The notes beneath the pieces are model-generated. The model was given only the letters and a program-made list of their open reading frames with translations, did no database searches and was not told the DNA's origin. The position numbers and the translations under genes are program-made. From Alphaproteobacteria bacterium (GTDB lineage Bacteria; Pseudomonadota; Alphaproteobacteria; Bin95), in contig CAXXWS020000002.1 of assembly GCA_963665325.3 (NCBI GenBank), positions 928,001 to 992,000 of the forward strand: a stretch of 64,000 bases of DNA, in the 5' to 3' direction. Shown one piece after another: positions 20,921-30,499 of the stretch (position 1 is its first letter; the number at the start of each line of letters is the position of its first letter).

Positions 20921-22078
20921 ATGGGTATTCCCACCACGCATGCCGGCAGCCTGCCCCGGCCGCTGGAACTGACCGGCCTTTACGGGCGCCGCGCCCAGGG
21001 CGGGGCCGTGGACGCCGAAGCGCTGGCGGCGGCCGGCCGCGAGGCGACGGACGCGATCGTCGCCCGGCAGATCGAGGCTGGCATCTCCGTCGGCAACAAT
21101 GGGGAGCAGCAGCGCGAGGGCTTCTTCCTGTACGTCCAGCACCGCATGAGCGGCTTCGGCGGGCGCTGGAAACGGCCGGGGCGGCAGGACGTGTTCCGCT
21201 ATCCGGGCTTGGTGCGCGAATACGAGACCTTCCTGCGCGTGCGGGCCGAAGCGGTTTCCAACATGGAGCCGCCGATGAACCTGGGCGCTGTCCGGTATGT
21301 GGACCGGGGCCCTCTGGAAGACGAATGCGAGACCTTCCGCCGGGCGCTCGAAAAGGCCGGCGGCGGCTTTGCGCAGCCCTTCATGACGGCACCCTCGCCG
21401 GGCATCGTCGTTTCGGCGATGCAAAGCAGCCATTATGCCGACCGGGAAGCCTATCTCGCCGATGTCGCGGCCGCGCTCCGGGTGGAATATGAGGCAGCGG
21501 TCGCGAATGGCTGGCTGTTGCAAATCGATGCGCCCGATCTCGCGATGGAGCGCCATTTCCTGTTCGCCGACGAGCCGCTGGGCGTCTTCCAGGACTGGGT
21601 GGAACTCGTGGTCGAGACGTTGAACGGCGCGCTGGCCGATGTGCCGCGCGAGCGCGTGCGCCTGCATGTCTGCTGGGGAAACTATGAAGGCCCGCACGAC
21701 CTCGATGTCGAGCTTCGCGACGTGCTGCCGATCCTGCTCAAGGCGGATGTGGGCGGGCTAGTGCTGCCGTTCGCCAATCCCCGCCACCAGCACGAGGTCG
21801 AGGAATTGCGGCGCTCGCCGCTTGCTCCGGACCAGTATCTGGTCGCCGGCGTGATCGACACCACGACCAACTATGTCGAGCATCCGGAAACGGTCGCCGA
21901 ACGGCTGGAGCGCGCCGCCCGCACCGTGGGCGATCCCGCGCGCATCCAGGCCGGGACCGATTGCGGCTTCGACACCTCGGCCGGCATGGGCCGGGTACCG
22001 GAAGACGTGGTCTGGGCCAAGCTCCGCAGCATGGCCGAAGGCGCCCGCATCGCCAGCAAGCGGCTGGGTGTGGACTAG
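20921..22078 (+). CDS. Cobalamin-independent methionine synthase II family (single-barrel MetE-like)
   Basis: TTHAGSLPR, QIDAPDL, HVCWGNY, ANPRH.HE, TDCGF zinc ligands. Confidence 0.88.
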   Translation: MGIPTTHAGSLPRPLELTGLYGRRAQGGAVDAEALAAAGREATDAIVARQIEAGISVGNNGEQQREGFFLYVQHRMSGFGGRWKRPGRQDVFRYPGLVREYETFLRVRAEAVSNMEPPMNLGAVRYVDRGPLEDECETFRRALEKAGGGFAQPFMTAPSPGIVVSAMQSSHYADREAYLADVAAALRVEYEAAVANGWLLQIDAPDLAMERHFLFADEPLGVFQDWVELVVETLNGALADVPRERVRLHVCWGNYEGPHDLDVELRDVLPILLKADVGGLVLPFANPRHQHEVEELRRSPLAPDQYLVAGVIDTTTNYVEHPETVAERLERAARTVGDPARIQAGTDCGFDTSAGMGRVPEDVVWAKLRSMAEGARIASKRLGVD

Positions 22079-22083
22079 GGGCG

Positions 22084-23265
22084 TCAGGCCCGGTCGGCGG
22101 CCACCTGTTCGATGGCCTTTCGTGCGCCGCCCGGAGTGTGGGGCACGCCGTCTATCGCCAGATTGGCCTCGATGGCGCCAAGCAGGCCGAGGACCATCGT
22201 TTCGTTCAGGTCTCCCAGATGGCCGATGCGGATGATCTTGCCGGCGAGGTTGAGCAGGCCGTGGCTGATGGCGACGTTGAAGCGGTCGCGCAGGCTGTCG
22301 CGGAAGGCGTTGGGATCGTGGCCCTCGGGCCAGCGGACGGCCGTTACGGTGTCGGACCGCTCCTCCGGATGGCGTGCGTTGAGTTCGAGGCCCCACTCGT
22401 CGATGGCGAGCCGCACCAGGTCGGCCATCCGGCGGTGGCGGGAGAACACATTGTCCAGCCCTTCCTCGAACAGCATGTCCAGAGAGACGCGCATGCCGGA
22501 GAAAATCTGCGTGGGGGCGGTGCCGGGGAATTTCGGCAACTCGCCGCCGAGGTCCAGCATGCGCTGCCAGCTCCAGTAGCGGCGCGGCGAGCCGCCGTCC
22601 CTGGCCATGGCGAGCGCCCGGTCGTTCAGGCCGACAATGCCGAGGCCGGTCGGCAGCATCAGTCCCTTCTGCGAGCCGCCGACGGTGACATCCACGCGCC
22701 ACTCGTCCATGCGGTAGTCCATGGAGGCGAGCGAGGAGATGGTATCGACCATCAGGAGCGCGTCGTGGCCGGCCGCATCCATTGCCCGGCGCACGGCAGC
22801 CACATCGCTCAGCACGCCGGTCGAGGTCTCGCTATGGACGACACCGACCGCCTTGATCCGCCGGCCTGTGTACTTCCGCAACACGTCCTCGATGGCGTTC
22901 GGATCGGCGGCGCTGCGCCAGTCGCCCGGCAGCGAAATCACCTCGGCCCCGAACAGTCGCGCCATCTCGGCCCACCAGGTGGAGAAGGCGCCGGTCTCCG
23001 GGATGACGATGGTGTCGCCGGCCTGAAACAGGTTGACGATAGTGCTTTCCCAGGCGCCGTGGCCGGAGGAGGCCCAGCAGAGGATGGTGCCCTCGGTCTT
23101 GAACACCCGCTTCAGGTCCCGGTAGCAGCCGGCCGCGAGCGTCTCGAAGGCCGGGCTGTTGAAGTCCTCGGTCGGGCGGTCCATCGCCCTGAGAATCGGC
23201 TCCGGGATATTGGTCGGTCCCGGTAAAGCCATGAAGGGGCGCCCGGCGGCGCGTGGCATGTTCAT
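22084..23265 (-). CDS. Class V aminotransferase (serine/alanine-glyoxylate aminotransferase-like)
   Basis: PGPTN, HSETSTGV, DTISS, GSQKGL (PLP lysine), RIGHLG. Confidence 0.92.
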   Translation of the reverse strand: MNMPRAAGRPFMALPGPTNIPEPILRAMDRPTEDFNSPAFETLAAGCYRDLKRVFKTEGTILCWASSGHGAWESTIVNLFQAGDTIVIPETGAFSTWWAEMARLFGAEVISLPGDWRSAADPNAIEDVLRKYTGRRIKAVGVVHSETSTGVLSDVAAVRRAMDAAGHDALLMVDTISSLASMDYRMDEWRVDVTVGGSQKGLMLPTGLGIVGLNDRALAMARDGGSPRRYWSWQRMLDLGGELPKFPGTAPTQIFSGMRVSLDMLFEEGLDNVFSRHRRMADLVRLAIDEWGLELNARHPEERSDTVTAVRWPEGHDPNAFRDSLRDRFNVAISHGLLNLAGKIIRIGHLGDLNETMVLGLLGAIEANLAIDGVPHTPGGARKAIEQVAADRA

Positions 23266-24206
23266 GAGTGCGTACGGGTCCAGATTTCGTCGATGGCAGC
23301 GAGTTCCTCCTCGCTCATCGCCCAGTCGCAGGCGACTGCATTGCCCCGGATCTGCTCGGGCGACATGGCGCCGGCGATGACGCTGGATACCTGCGGACGG
23401 GCCGCCAGCCAGGACATGGCGAGATCGAGCATGGAGTGGCCGCGTTCGCGCGCAAAGGCGGTGAGTTCGCGCACCATGGCGAGATTGCCGTCCGTCCAGT
23501 AGCGGTCGGTGAAGCGGTTGCTGTCGGCCATACGGGTGCCGGCGAGGGGCTTGTCGCCATGCTTGCCCGTCAGCAGTCCGCTCGCCAGGGGGAAGAAGGG
23601 CAGCAGGCCGAGGTCGTATTTCTCCATCATGTCCAGGCGGTCGTCTTCCAGGTCGCGCATGGCGAGGCTGTATTCGTCCTGTGCGGAGACGAAGGCGTTG
23701 AGGCCGTGCATCTCCGCGGTGAGTTCCGCCTCGACGGTCTGCCAGGCGGTGAAATTGGAATGGCCGATATAGCGCACCTTGCCCTGGCGGATGAGGTCGT
23801 CGAGCGCGCGCAGCGTCTCCTCGATGGGGGTGAGGGGATCGGGCTGATGGAGCTGGTAGAGGTCGATCCAGTCCGTGCCGAGACGTCGGAGGCTCGCCTC
23901 GACCGCATGCATGATGTACCAGCGCGCCGCGCCGATGCCGTAGGGCCCGTCGGCCATGCGCATCCCGAATTTGCTGGCGAGCACGATGTCCTTACGGCGG
24001 GAGCCGAGGGACTTGCCGAGGAACTCCTCGGACTTGCCGCGCCCGCCATAGATGTCGGCGGTGTCGAACAGCGTGATGCCCGCGTCGAGCGCGGCGTGGA
24101 CCACGGCGTCAGTGCCGGCCTGGTCGAGGCGCTGGCCGAAATTATTGCAGCCGACGCCGACGAGCGACACCTGAAGGCCGGAGCGGCCCAGATTGCGGAA
24201 TTGCAT
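23262..24206 (-). CDS. Aldo/keto reductase
   Basis: LGRSGLQVS, FDTADIYG, SKFG, DLYQLH, PFFPLASGLLTGK. Confidence 0.93.
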   Translation of the reverse strand: MQFRNLGRSGLQVSLVGVGCNNFGQRLDQAGTDAVVHAALDAGITLFDTADIYGGRGKSEEFLGKSLGSRRKDIVLASKFGMRMADGPYGIGAARWYIMHAVEASLRRLGTDWIDLYQLHQPDPLTPIEETLRALDDLIRQGKVRYIGHSNFTAWQTVEAELTAEMHGLNAFVSAQDEYSLAMRDLEDDRLDMMEKYDLGLLPFFPLASGLLTGKHGDKPLAGTRMADSNRFTDRYWTDGNLAMVRELTAFARERGHSMLDLAMSWLAARPQVSSVIAGAMSPEQIRGNAVACDWAMSEEELAAIDEIWTRTHS

Positions 24207-24365
24207 GATGTGGATATCCCGTGTGAAGGCAGCGGCAGTATAGGCCCCTGCCGTCCCCCTGTCGGCCGCCCCTGCCTCTGCCGCATCCACCCATCCCGTC
24301 CGGGTATGCGTCCGGTATGCCTGCGGCGCCCTCCGCCGGGGCGGCGGCCGAGAGACCGGCGGAAG

Positions 24366-24402
24366 TGTCATGGACTGTCATGAAATGTCATGTTTCGTCA
24401 TG
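24366..24402 (-). repeat. CATGAC array, 4 copies at 10-bp period (copy B)
   Basis: Minus strand CATGACGAAA CATGACATTT CATGACAGTC CATGACA; first 27 nt match copy A with one mismatch. Confidence 0.85.
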
Positions 24403-24846
24403 GAGGCCCGCCGCGACGCCTTGCTTCTCCCCGCCGCCGCCGGTCTGCGCGGCCAGAGCTTTTTTCTTCCTCTTTTTCCTCTTCCTCCTGCGTTCTTTCC
24501 GGCGGTCCTGCCGTTCGGCCCATGCGTAGAACTCGGGCGTGTCCTGGCTGCCGGTCCATATCTTGCCGAGATAGTGGAACTCGTCCCCGCTGCCGTCATG
24601 GTCGTCCTCGCCGGGGTCCGGGGCCGGTTCGGGCCGGTGCCGGGCGCTCCAGTCGAGCACGGCGAGGAGCTGGCGCAGATGGGCGAGTTGGGCGCGTCCG
24701 GCGCGGTGGTGTTCGGCGCGGTCGCGGTCGTCCAGGGGCGGCGGCTCCGGGTTCATGTCTTCTGCACAGGCAGCGGCGAGGGCTTCGGCGGCAGGGGCAA
24801 AGTGCTCCTGCAGCGCCGCCGCCAGTTGGGGGCGGGGGTCGGTCAC
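24388..24846 (-). CDS. Hypothetical protein with basic C-terminal tract
   Basis: 152 aa; GAAGGAGG upstream of the GTG; helical N-terminal half, acidic linker, RRKERRRKRKKRKKK; stop codon lies inside the CATGAC array. Confidence 0.55.
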   Translation of the reverse strand: MTDPRPQLAAALQEHFAPAAEALAAACAEDMNPEPPPLDDRDRAEHHRAGRAQLAHLRQLLAVLDWSARHRPEPAPDPGEDDHDGSGDEFHYLGKIWTGSQDTPEFYAWAERQDRRKERRRKRKKRKKKALAAQTGGGGEKQGVAAGLHDET

Positions 24847-24879
24847 GGTCGTCCATGCCTCCTTCGGGGCCAGGGGCGG

Positions 24880-25040
24880 GACGGGGGGTCCCTGTTTCGC
24901 GCGTAATGTGTGCGCGGGGGGGCGGGCCTAACGCGGCGGCGCGGCTCGCGCGCCTGATTGCCCGCGCGCCCGCACGCGATGCGGCTGGCCGGGCGCGGGA
25001 CGCACCTTTCCCGTCCGCTCGCGCCGGGGGTTTGCGGCCC
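24880..25040 (-). repeat. GC-rich structured non-coding repeat, copy B
   Basis: Homologous to 7615-7755, with an extra CCGCA-TCGCG-TGCGG hairpin insert. Confidence 0.7.
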
Positions 25041-25104
25041 CCAGCCATTGCTTCCCTGCGCAGAAAAGCGGAAGGGCGGCCCCGGGAGCCGCCCTTCTCC
25101 ATGC

Positions 25105-25135
25105 CCATTCTACACCATTCTGCCCAAAGTCAAGC
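25105..25135 (-). promoter_or_regulatory. Sigma70-like promoter of repeat module copy B
   Basis: GCTTGAC-N16-TAGAATGG followed by hairpin GAAGGGCGGC-N7-GCCGCCCTTC. Confidence 0.5.
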
Positions 25136-26436
25136 AGTTTTGGGAACAAAAACCGAAAATATCCGGAACTTTCTCACAGCCCGTTGAATCGGCGGGATAA
25201 TCGGGGGCTCCTTCGATGCGCAGCCGTGCTGCTGGCCAGGATGGAGGGCTACCGGATTCACACATCCGTTTCAGGTGGCTTCGCGCTGTATGCCCTCATG
25301 CGTCACCCCGGCCACGCCTGCCACCCAATGCCTCCGGGACATGGATTCTCCTGCGAATGGCAATTTTCTTGCCCGTTTCGCGCCGCTAATGACTGGAAGG
25401 AGGCGACAGGAAAACGGGCCGCTGCTTGCGCAGGGCCCGGGATCGAAAGGGGTGGACGATGTCTGTCGGCGGCCCTGGCGGATGGTGGCTGGCGTGCTGG
25501 CTCGGCTCCCGGTGAGGTAGTCACGATGATGGATTTCGGCAGGCAGGGAAAGCGCCGCGAACGCAGGCAAGGGGGGCGGCCCCGGCGGGCCCGGGCGGCG
25601 GAATGACGACTCCGGCGCGCAATGCGGTCCCCGACCCGATCGAGGCCTGGGAAGTGCGGACGCCGGACGGAGCTTCGATCTTCGTAAGGCGCTACGGCAA
25701 CCCCGACGGCGCGGCATTGCTTGTCAACCACGGCAACGGGTTTGCAGTCGACGCCTATTACCCGTTCTGGTCCCGTCTCGCGGACCGTTTCGACATTTTC
25801 GTCCACGACCAGCGCAACCACGGCTGGAATCCGGTCAGCGACCGAATGCTGCACAACATCCCGCAATTCGCGGAAGATACCGAACGCGTCCTTCGGAGCA
25901 TCGGCCTGCGCCTGAAGAGCGCGAAGCCGATAATCGGGATATTTCACTCGGTCTCTTCGGTGGTTGCGCTGCGGCACGCGGTAAATGGCGGCGAGTATTC
26001 GGCGCTTGTCCTGTTCGACCCTCCCATTTGTTCGCCAGGGGGGCAGCCGGAGGATATCGAAAGGGGCGGAGCCCAGTTCAGCGCGGCGACGCTGAAGCGC
26101 AGGCCCAAATTCGAGTCCCCGGACGAACTTGCAGCATCCCTGTCCCGAAACCCCCTGTTCGGGCGGGTGAGCCCCGGGGTCATCGACCTGCTTGCCCGGG
26201 CCAGTGTGCGCCCCTCGGCCGACGGGGTGGGTTGCGAACTCTGCTGCCCGCGCGAATACGAAGCCCAGATCTTCGAGTTTTTCTTCCTCTGGTCGACGAC
26301 CGTCGATCTTGGGCGCATCCCCTGCCCGGTCAAAGTTGTCGGGTCGGACCCCACACTGTGGAGTGGGCCCCTGGGGCCGGACAGGCGGCTTGAAATGATT
26401 TGACCGGTGGGTCGGGCATTCGAAGGATCGACGCCC

Positions 26437-26796
26437 ATGGCCAAGCACCGAACCCACCGCACCCACGGCATCGCCTTCAAGCGCCAGGTCGTTCAGGAGT
26501 ATCTCGCCGGCGAGACGCTTCACGGCCTGGCCCGTCGGCACGAGCTCTCCCGCACCCTGATCCGGATCTGGGTGGACAAGTACGAGGCCGGCGCCTTCGA
26601 CGAGGACGCCGAGGCGGCCGACACGATCCAGGAATACGAGGCCCGGATCGCGGCCCTCGAGCGCCTGGTCGGCAAGCAGGCCCTGGAGCTCGAGTTCCTA
26701 AAGGGGGCTCAGCGGCACGGACGACGGCCGAGAAACGCGCCCATGTCCGTCATCACCGGCCCGAAGGCCTCTCCGTCGCCGAAGGATGCCGACTGA
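26437..26796 (+). CDS. IS3 transposase OrfA
   Basis: FKRQVV..YLAGETLHGLARRH HTH; coiled coil RIAALERLVGKQALELEFLK. Confidence 0.9.
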   Translation: MAKHRTHRTHGIAFKRQVVQEYLAGETLHGLARRHELSRTLIRIWVDKYEAGAFDEDAEAADTIQEYEARIAALERLVGKQALELEFLKGAQRHGRRPRNAPMSVITGPKASPSPKDAD

Positions 26797-27590
26797 TGGG
26801 GATCGCGCGCTCCACCTACTACGACAAGCCCAAGAGCTCGGCAGACGACACCGCCCTGGTCGAGGCCATGCACACGATCAAGGACGAGTTCGAGGCCTAC
26901 GGATGGCGCCGCATGCAGGCGGCGCTCAGGCATCGGGGCTGGGTGGTGAACCACAAGAAGATCAAGCGCCTGATGCGCGAGCATGCCCTGCAACCGCCGC
27001 GCCGGCGTCGTTTCGTCGCCACCACCGACAGCGATCACGACGAGCCCGTCTTCCCCGATCGCTCCAGAGACCGCGAGATCGATGGCCCGAACCAGCTCTG
27101 GGTCGCCGATCTGACCTACATCGCGATCCTCGGCGGCTTTGTCTATCTGGCGGCGATCATGGATGCGTGGTCGCGGCGCATCGTGGGTTACGCGGTCGGC
27201 CGACGGATCAATGCCCGGCTGACCGTTGCGGCGCTGGCGACGGCGATCGAGCATCGCAACCCGCTGCCCGGCTGCATCCATCACTCCGATAGAGGCTCGC
27301 AATACGCCGCCCAAGCCTACCGAGCTCTGCTCGACGAACACGGCCTGGTCGGCTCGATGGGCCGGCGTGGCAACCCCTACGACAACGCGATGATGGAAAG
27401 CTTCATGAAGACGCTGAAGGTCGAGGGCGTCTATCCCATGGCCTTCGAGAGTGCGGAAGACGACGCTGAACACCTGCCGCGCTTCATCGACAGCTATAAC
27501 GAGAGACGCCTACACTCCGCCCTCGGATATCTCAGCCCCAACCGTTTCGAAAAGGAACAACCCCGCACCCCGGTCAAATCCGCCGCATGA
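26796..27590 (+). CDS. IS3 transposase OrfB (rve integrase, DDE)
   Basis: YGWRRM, WVADLTY, HHSDRGSQY, DNAMMESF, HSALGYLSP. Confidence 0.93.
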   Translation: MGIARSTYYDKPKSSADDTALVEAMHTIKDEFEAYGWRRMQAALRHRGWVVNHKKIKRLMREHALQPPRRRRFVATTDSDHDEPVFPDRSRDREIDGPNQLWVADLTYIAILGGFVYLAAIMDAWSRRIVGYAVGRRINARLTVAALATAIEHRNPLPGCIHHSDRGSQYAAQAYRALLDEHGLVGSMGRRGNPYDNAMMESFMKTLKVEGVYPMAFESAEDDAEHLPRFIDSYNERRLHSALGYLSPNRFEKEQPRTPVKSAA

Positions 27591-27872
27591 AACTGTCCGG
27601 CCCCAAGGGCCCACTCCACTGCCCTACTCATTCATGCCGAGCATGGACATGGGAGAACTTGTACTTGTCGATTACGATTTCCTGCCTGAGGCCTCCCACC
27701 TGCTCCAACTCGAACAACCGGAGGAATGCGCCGCCCTGACGCTGAAATTCCTCGCGCAGCATGGATTCGGCTGACGGCGGGGCGAACCGGTGGCGCGGCC
27801 AGAGTCCAGGGGCGGCGGCGGTGAGGCAGAGCCGGTGCACTCGCTGTTGCCCGGACGGAGCAACATCCACTT

Positions 27873-27973
27873 GTCACCCCGGACGGTGCGGAGCGCCGGT
27901 CCGGGGTCCAGCCTGTCGAGGCCCCTGCGGGCTGCGCGGGCAGTGCTGGGTCCCGGATCAAGTCCGGGCCGAC
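27873..27973. repeat. Alphaproteobacterial REP-like palindromic element
   Basis: GTCACCCCGGAC..GTCCGGGGTCCAG..CTGGGTCCCGGATCAAGTCCGGGCCGAC nested palindromes. Confidence 0.7.
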
Positions 27974-28814
27974 AATTGGAGGGCCGGTGCGACAATGTGG
28001 ACCCGTGGTCGCGGTTATGAGTCTCAACTCAAAACCGCTGGTATCACTCCTCCTGGGAAGGTCCGACCTATTTTGTGGTAGCCTTGGTTGCTGCAAAAGA
28101 AGCAAGCATCATGTTCCATATTTTTTCTGTTTTTTTGATTCTTTCTCTAAACAAAGGGGCCATTCGATCATGCACCACTTCCCGATATCGAGAACAGACT
28201 TCGACATCCCTTGCGCAAGATTCATCTTCCAGAAAAGCCTGTCTTTCTTTTTCTAACGGAAGGAATTTCTGGGCATAATCTCTCATTGTATTACAGTAAC
28301 GCAGAGTTTGTAGATATAACAATTTTTCAAAATGGTCTTTCATCGGGAGTTTGGCACAAGTCTCTGCATTCTGAATAGTTAACTGCAAATTATGCAGAAT
28401 GCAAGGTCTATATTGAGGGTAAAGCTTTAGCTTTAACTCCTTTTTGTTTCCTGTGTAGCTTGGAGATCTTATCAGATGGGATTTATGACTGGTATTTAAT
28501 CCATTTGAAGCTTGGCGATAAGCAAACAAAACCAAGTAATAATATGCATGCAATTCATACTGATCTGAATATTCCGGGTGAGCCATACCTTTAGGGTAAC
28601 TGTCTTGTTGTAGGTTGATCAGGTGTATCACCCGACCGAAAGCATGAAAAGCCTCTTTGTAACTGTGTCTGTCCCATTCTTTGCCATGCTTTGCTCCGTT
28701 CGTGGCAATATATAGAGCCAGCAATTAAGCCGCCGGTACATGGCCATTCTTAGCTGCCACCTCCAACATATTTAAAGCGCGGACATCATGACCTGAGCCC
28801 GTTGGGTCCCTCGT

Positions 28815-29666
28815 TCATAAGGAAAGTCCTGGTTCTGCATAGCGCATCGTAAATGGGTTGGCACGCGCGCCGGGCGCGGAGCCCTCAGCCAGCTCAAGCG
28901 CGCGGCGCGCATCTGCGGGCGTGTTTCCGTTCAGCGCCGAGTGTGGCCTGACGGTGTTGTAGTCGTGGCGCCAGATGGCGAGCTTGCGCCTTGCGTCGGC
29001 GAGGCTCGCGAAGACCTCCTCGTTCAGCAGCTCATCGCGCAGCCGACCGATGAAGCTCTCGATGTAGGCATTCTGGGTCGGCTTACCCGGCGCGATGTAG
29101 TGCCAGCTCACTCCTGTGCTGTTCTGCCATTCCAGGATTGCACGGCTGGTCAGCTCCGTGCCGTTGTCGCTGACGATGACCGCAGGCTCGCCGTACAGCC
29201 GGATCAGCTTGTCGAGTTCGCGGGCGACGCGCTGGCCCGAGAGCGAGGTGTCGGCGACCAGCGCCAGGCACTCGCGCGTGCAGTCGTCGATCACCGCCAG
29301 GGCGCGGAACCGGCGACCGGGCTCGAACACGTCCGACACGAAGTCGAGCGACCAGCGTTCGCCCGCGCAAAGCGGCGCGTCTTGCGGCGCCCTCGTCCCG
29401 GTTGCCCGCTTGCGGCCGCGGCGGCGCTTCACCGCAAGCCCCTCCTCCTGGTAAAGCCGGCGGAGCTTCTTGTGGTTCATTCTCATCCCCTCGCGCTCGA
29501 GCATGAGCCCGATGCGGCGATAACCGAAGCGCCGGCGTTCGCCCGCGATCTCACGCATGCGAGCCCGGATCTCCGGATTGTCGGGGTCCGGCTCGCGCCG
29601 TACCGTCTTGGGATCGACGCCAACCAGCCGGCAGGCGCGGCGTTGCGACAGCCCATGCCTGGACAT
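28815..29666 (-). CDS. IS407-group transposase OrfB (probably expressed by -1 frameshift)
   Basis: [33 protein letters not shown]. Confidence 0.92.
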   Translation of the reverse strand: MSRHGLSQRRACRLVGVDPKTVRREPDPDNPEIRARMREIAGERRRFGYRRIGLMLEREGMRMNHKKLRRLYQEEGLAVKRRRGRKRATGTRAPQDAPLCAGERWSLDFVSDVFEPGRRFRALAVIDDCTRECLALVADTSLSGQRVARELDKLIRLYGEPAVIVSDNGTELTSRAILEWQNSTGVSWHYIAPGKPTQNAYIESFIGRLRDELLNEEVFASLADARRKLAIWRHDYNTVRPHSALNGNTPADARRALELAEGSAPGARANPFTMRYAEPGLSL

Positions 29667-29704
29667 CGCCACGAGAGCCGCCTCCCGCCTGCGCCGGGGC
29701 GTCC

Positions 29705-29968
29705 TCAGCCCTTTCCCAGGAGATCCTTCAGCGCAGCGTTGTCCAGCATCGCATCGGCCAGGAGCCTCTTCAGCCGCGCGTTCTCCGTCTCCAGGCTCTT
29801 CAGCTTGCGCGCGTCCGACACGTCCAAGCCGCCGAGCTTCGCCTTCCACTTGTAGAACGTGTTCTGGCTGATCCCGTGCTTCCGGCAGACCTCTGCCGTC
29901 TTCATGCCGCGTTCCTGATCGGCCAGGATCGCGATGATCTGCTCTTCCGTGAACCTCGATCGTCTCAT
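29705..29968 (-). CDS. IS407-group transposase OrfA
   Basis: [28 protein letters not shown]. Confidence 0.93.
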   Translation of the reverse strand: MRRSRFTEEQIIAILADQERGMKTAEVCRKHGISQNTFYKWKAKLGGLDVSDARKLKSLETENARLKRLLADAMLDNAALKDLLGKG

Positions 29969-30311
29969 GTCCGTCTCCTCGGTGACGGACCCTCCTATCA
30001 GACGAGGGACATTTCGGGGCGCAGGTCAATCATCCCCATCACCGCGCGCTAGCAAACATCTGGCATAACCCATCGCATAGCCACTTGCTGTAGGTGTGTT
30101 TTTGTAAAGACCGGCTGTATCTTCAAAATCACCACAACGAAAAAACCCTCTTTCGTAGTAAGTGGCAACTGCGGCGGGCAGAATGCCGGCCCGTCGCCAG
30201 CGCCGCCGCGGCAAGGCCGGTGAGTGCGGTGCGGATGAGCATGTAATGCCGGCGGCGGTTGGTCGGCCCCGATAGTGAGGGCGCCTATGCCGTCGGCCCG
30301 GTCCTCTACCC

Positions 30312-30417
30312 CCTTATCCCGAGTAGTGGCGCCAGCCGCGTATCGAGGGAGGCGTTTCCGCCGGCGTGCCAGTCCTTCGATACGCCCCCGCTGGCGCGGG
30401 CGCTACTCAGGATGAGG
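30312..30417. repeat. Alphaproteobacterial REP/RIME-like palindromic element
   Basis: CCTTATCCCGAGTAG..GCGTATCGAGGGA / TCCTTCGATACGC..CTACTCAGGATGAGG. Confidence 0.75.
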
Positions 30418-30499
30418 AGAGAGCCGGCCGCGCCGAAAGCCGGGCAAGTCGAATTGCGGCTCCGCCAGCCTCGTTCATTCCGTTGCAGGCCGCTTCATC

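Larger units (their letters stand above)
26359..27618 (+). mobile_element. IS3-family insertion sequence (1260 bp)
   Basis: 26-bp IR TGGAGTGGGCCCCTGGGGCCGGACAG with one mismatch; 3-bp target duplication CTG; slippery AAAGGGG at 26700-26706. Confidence 0.95.
25603..27774 (+). pseudogene. Alpha/beta hydrolase interrupted by an IS3-family element
   Basis: HGNGF, DQRNHG, FHSVS; joining 25603-26358 to 27622-27774 restores the frame ...GSDPTL|PYSFMP...ASHLLQLEQP (302 aa). Confidence 0.92.
28789..30028 (-). mobile_element. IS3-family insertion sequence, IS407 group (1240 bp)
   Basis: Imperfect IR TGACCTG.GCCC..GTCCCTCGT; 4-bp target duplication ATCA; slippery GGGAAAG at 29717-29711. Confidence 0.95.
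28068..30242 (-). pseudogene. AT-rich secreted Sel1-like-repeat protein, triply disrupted
   Basis: Signal peptide at 30242 with a +1 frameshift; IS3 insertion; in-frame TAA at 28727-28725; ALNMLEVAAKNGHVPAA*LLALY Sel1-like motif. Confidence 0.7.

Noticed and set aside
25200-25600. ORFs in the gap upstream of the hydrolase
   Set aside because: No motifs or consistent coding signal; left unannotated
28725-28727. Stop-codon recoding in the Sel1-like gene
   Set aside because: TAA is used as a normal stop elsewhere in the window and the gene has other lesions; simple decay is more likely
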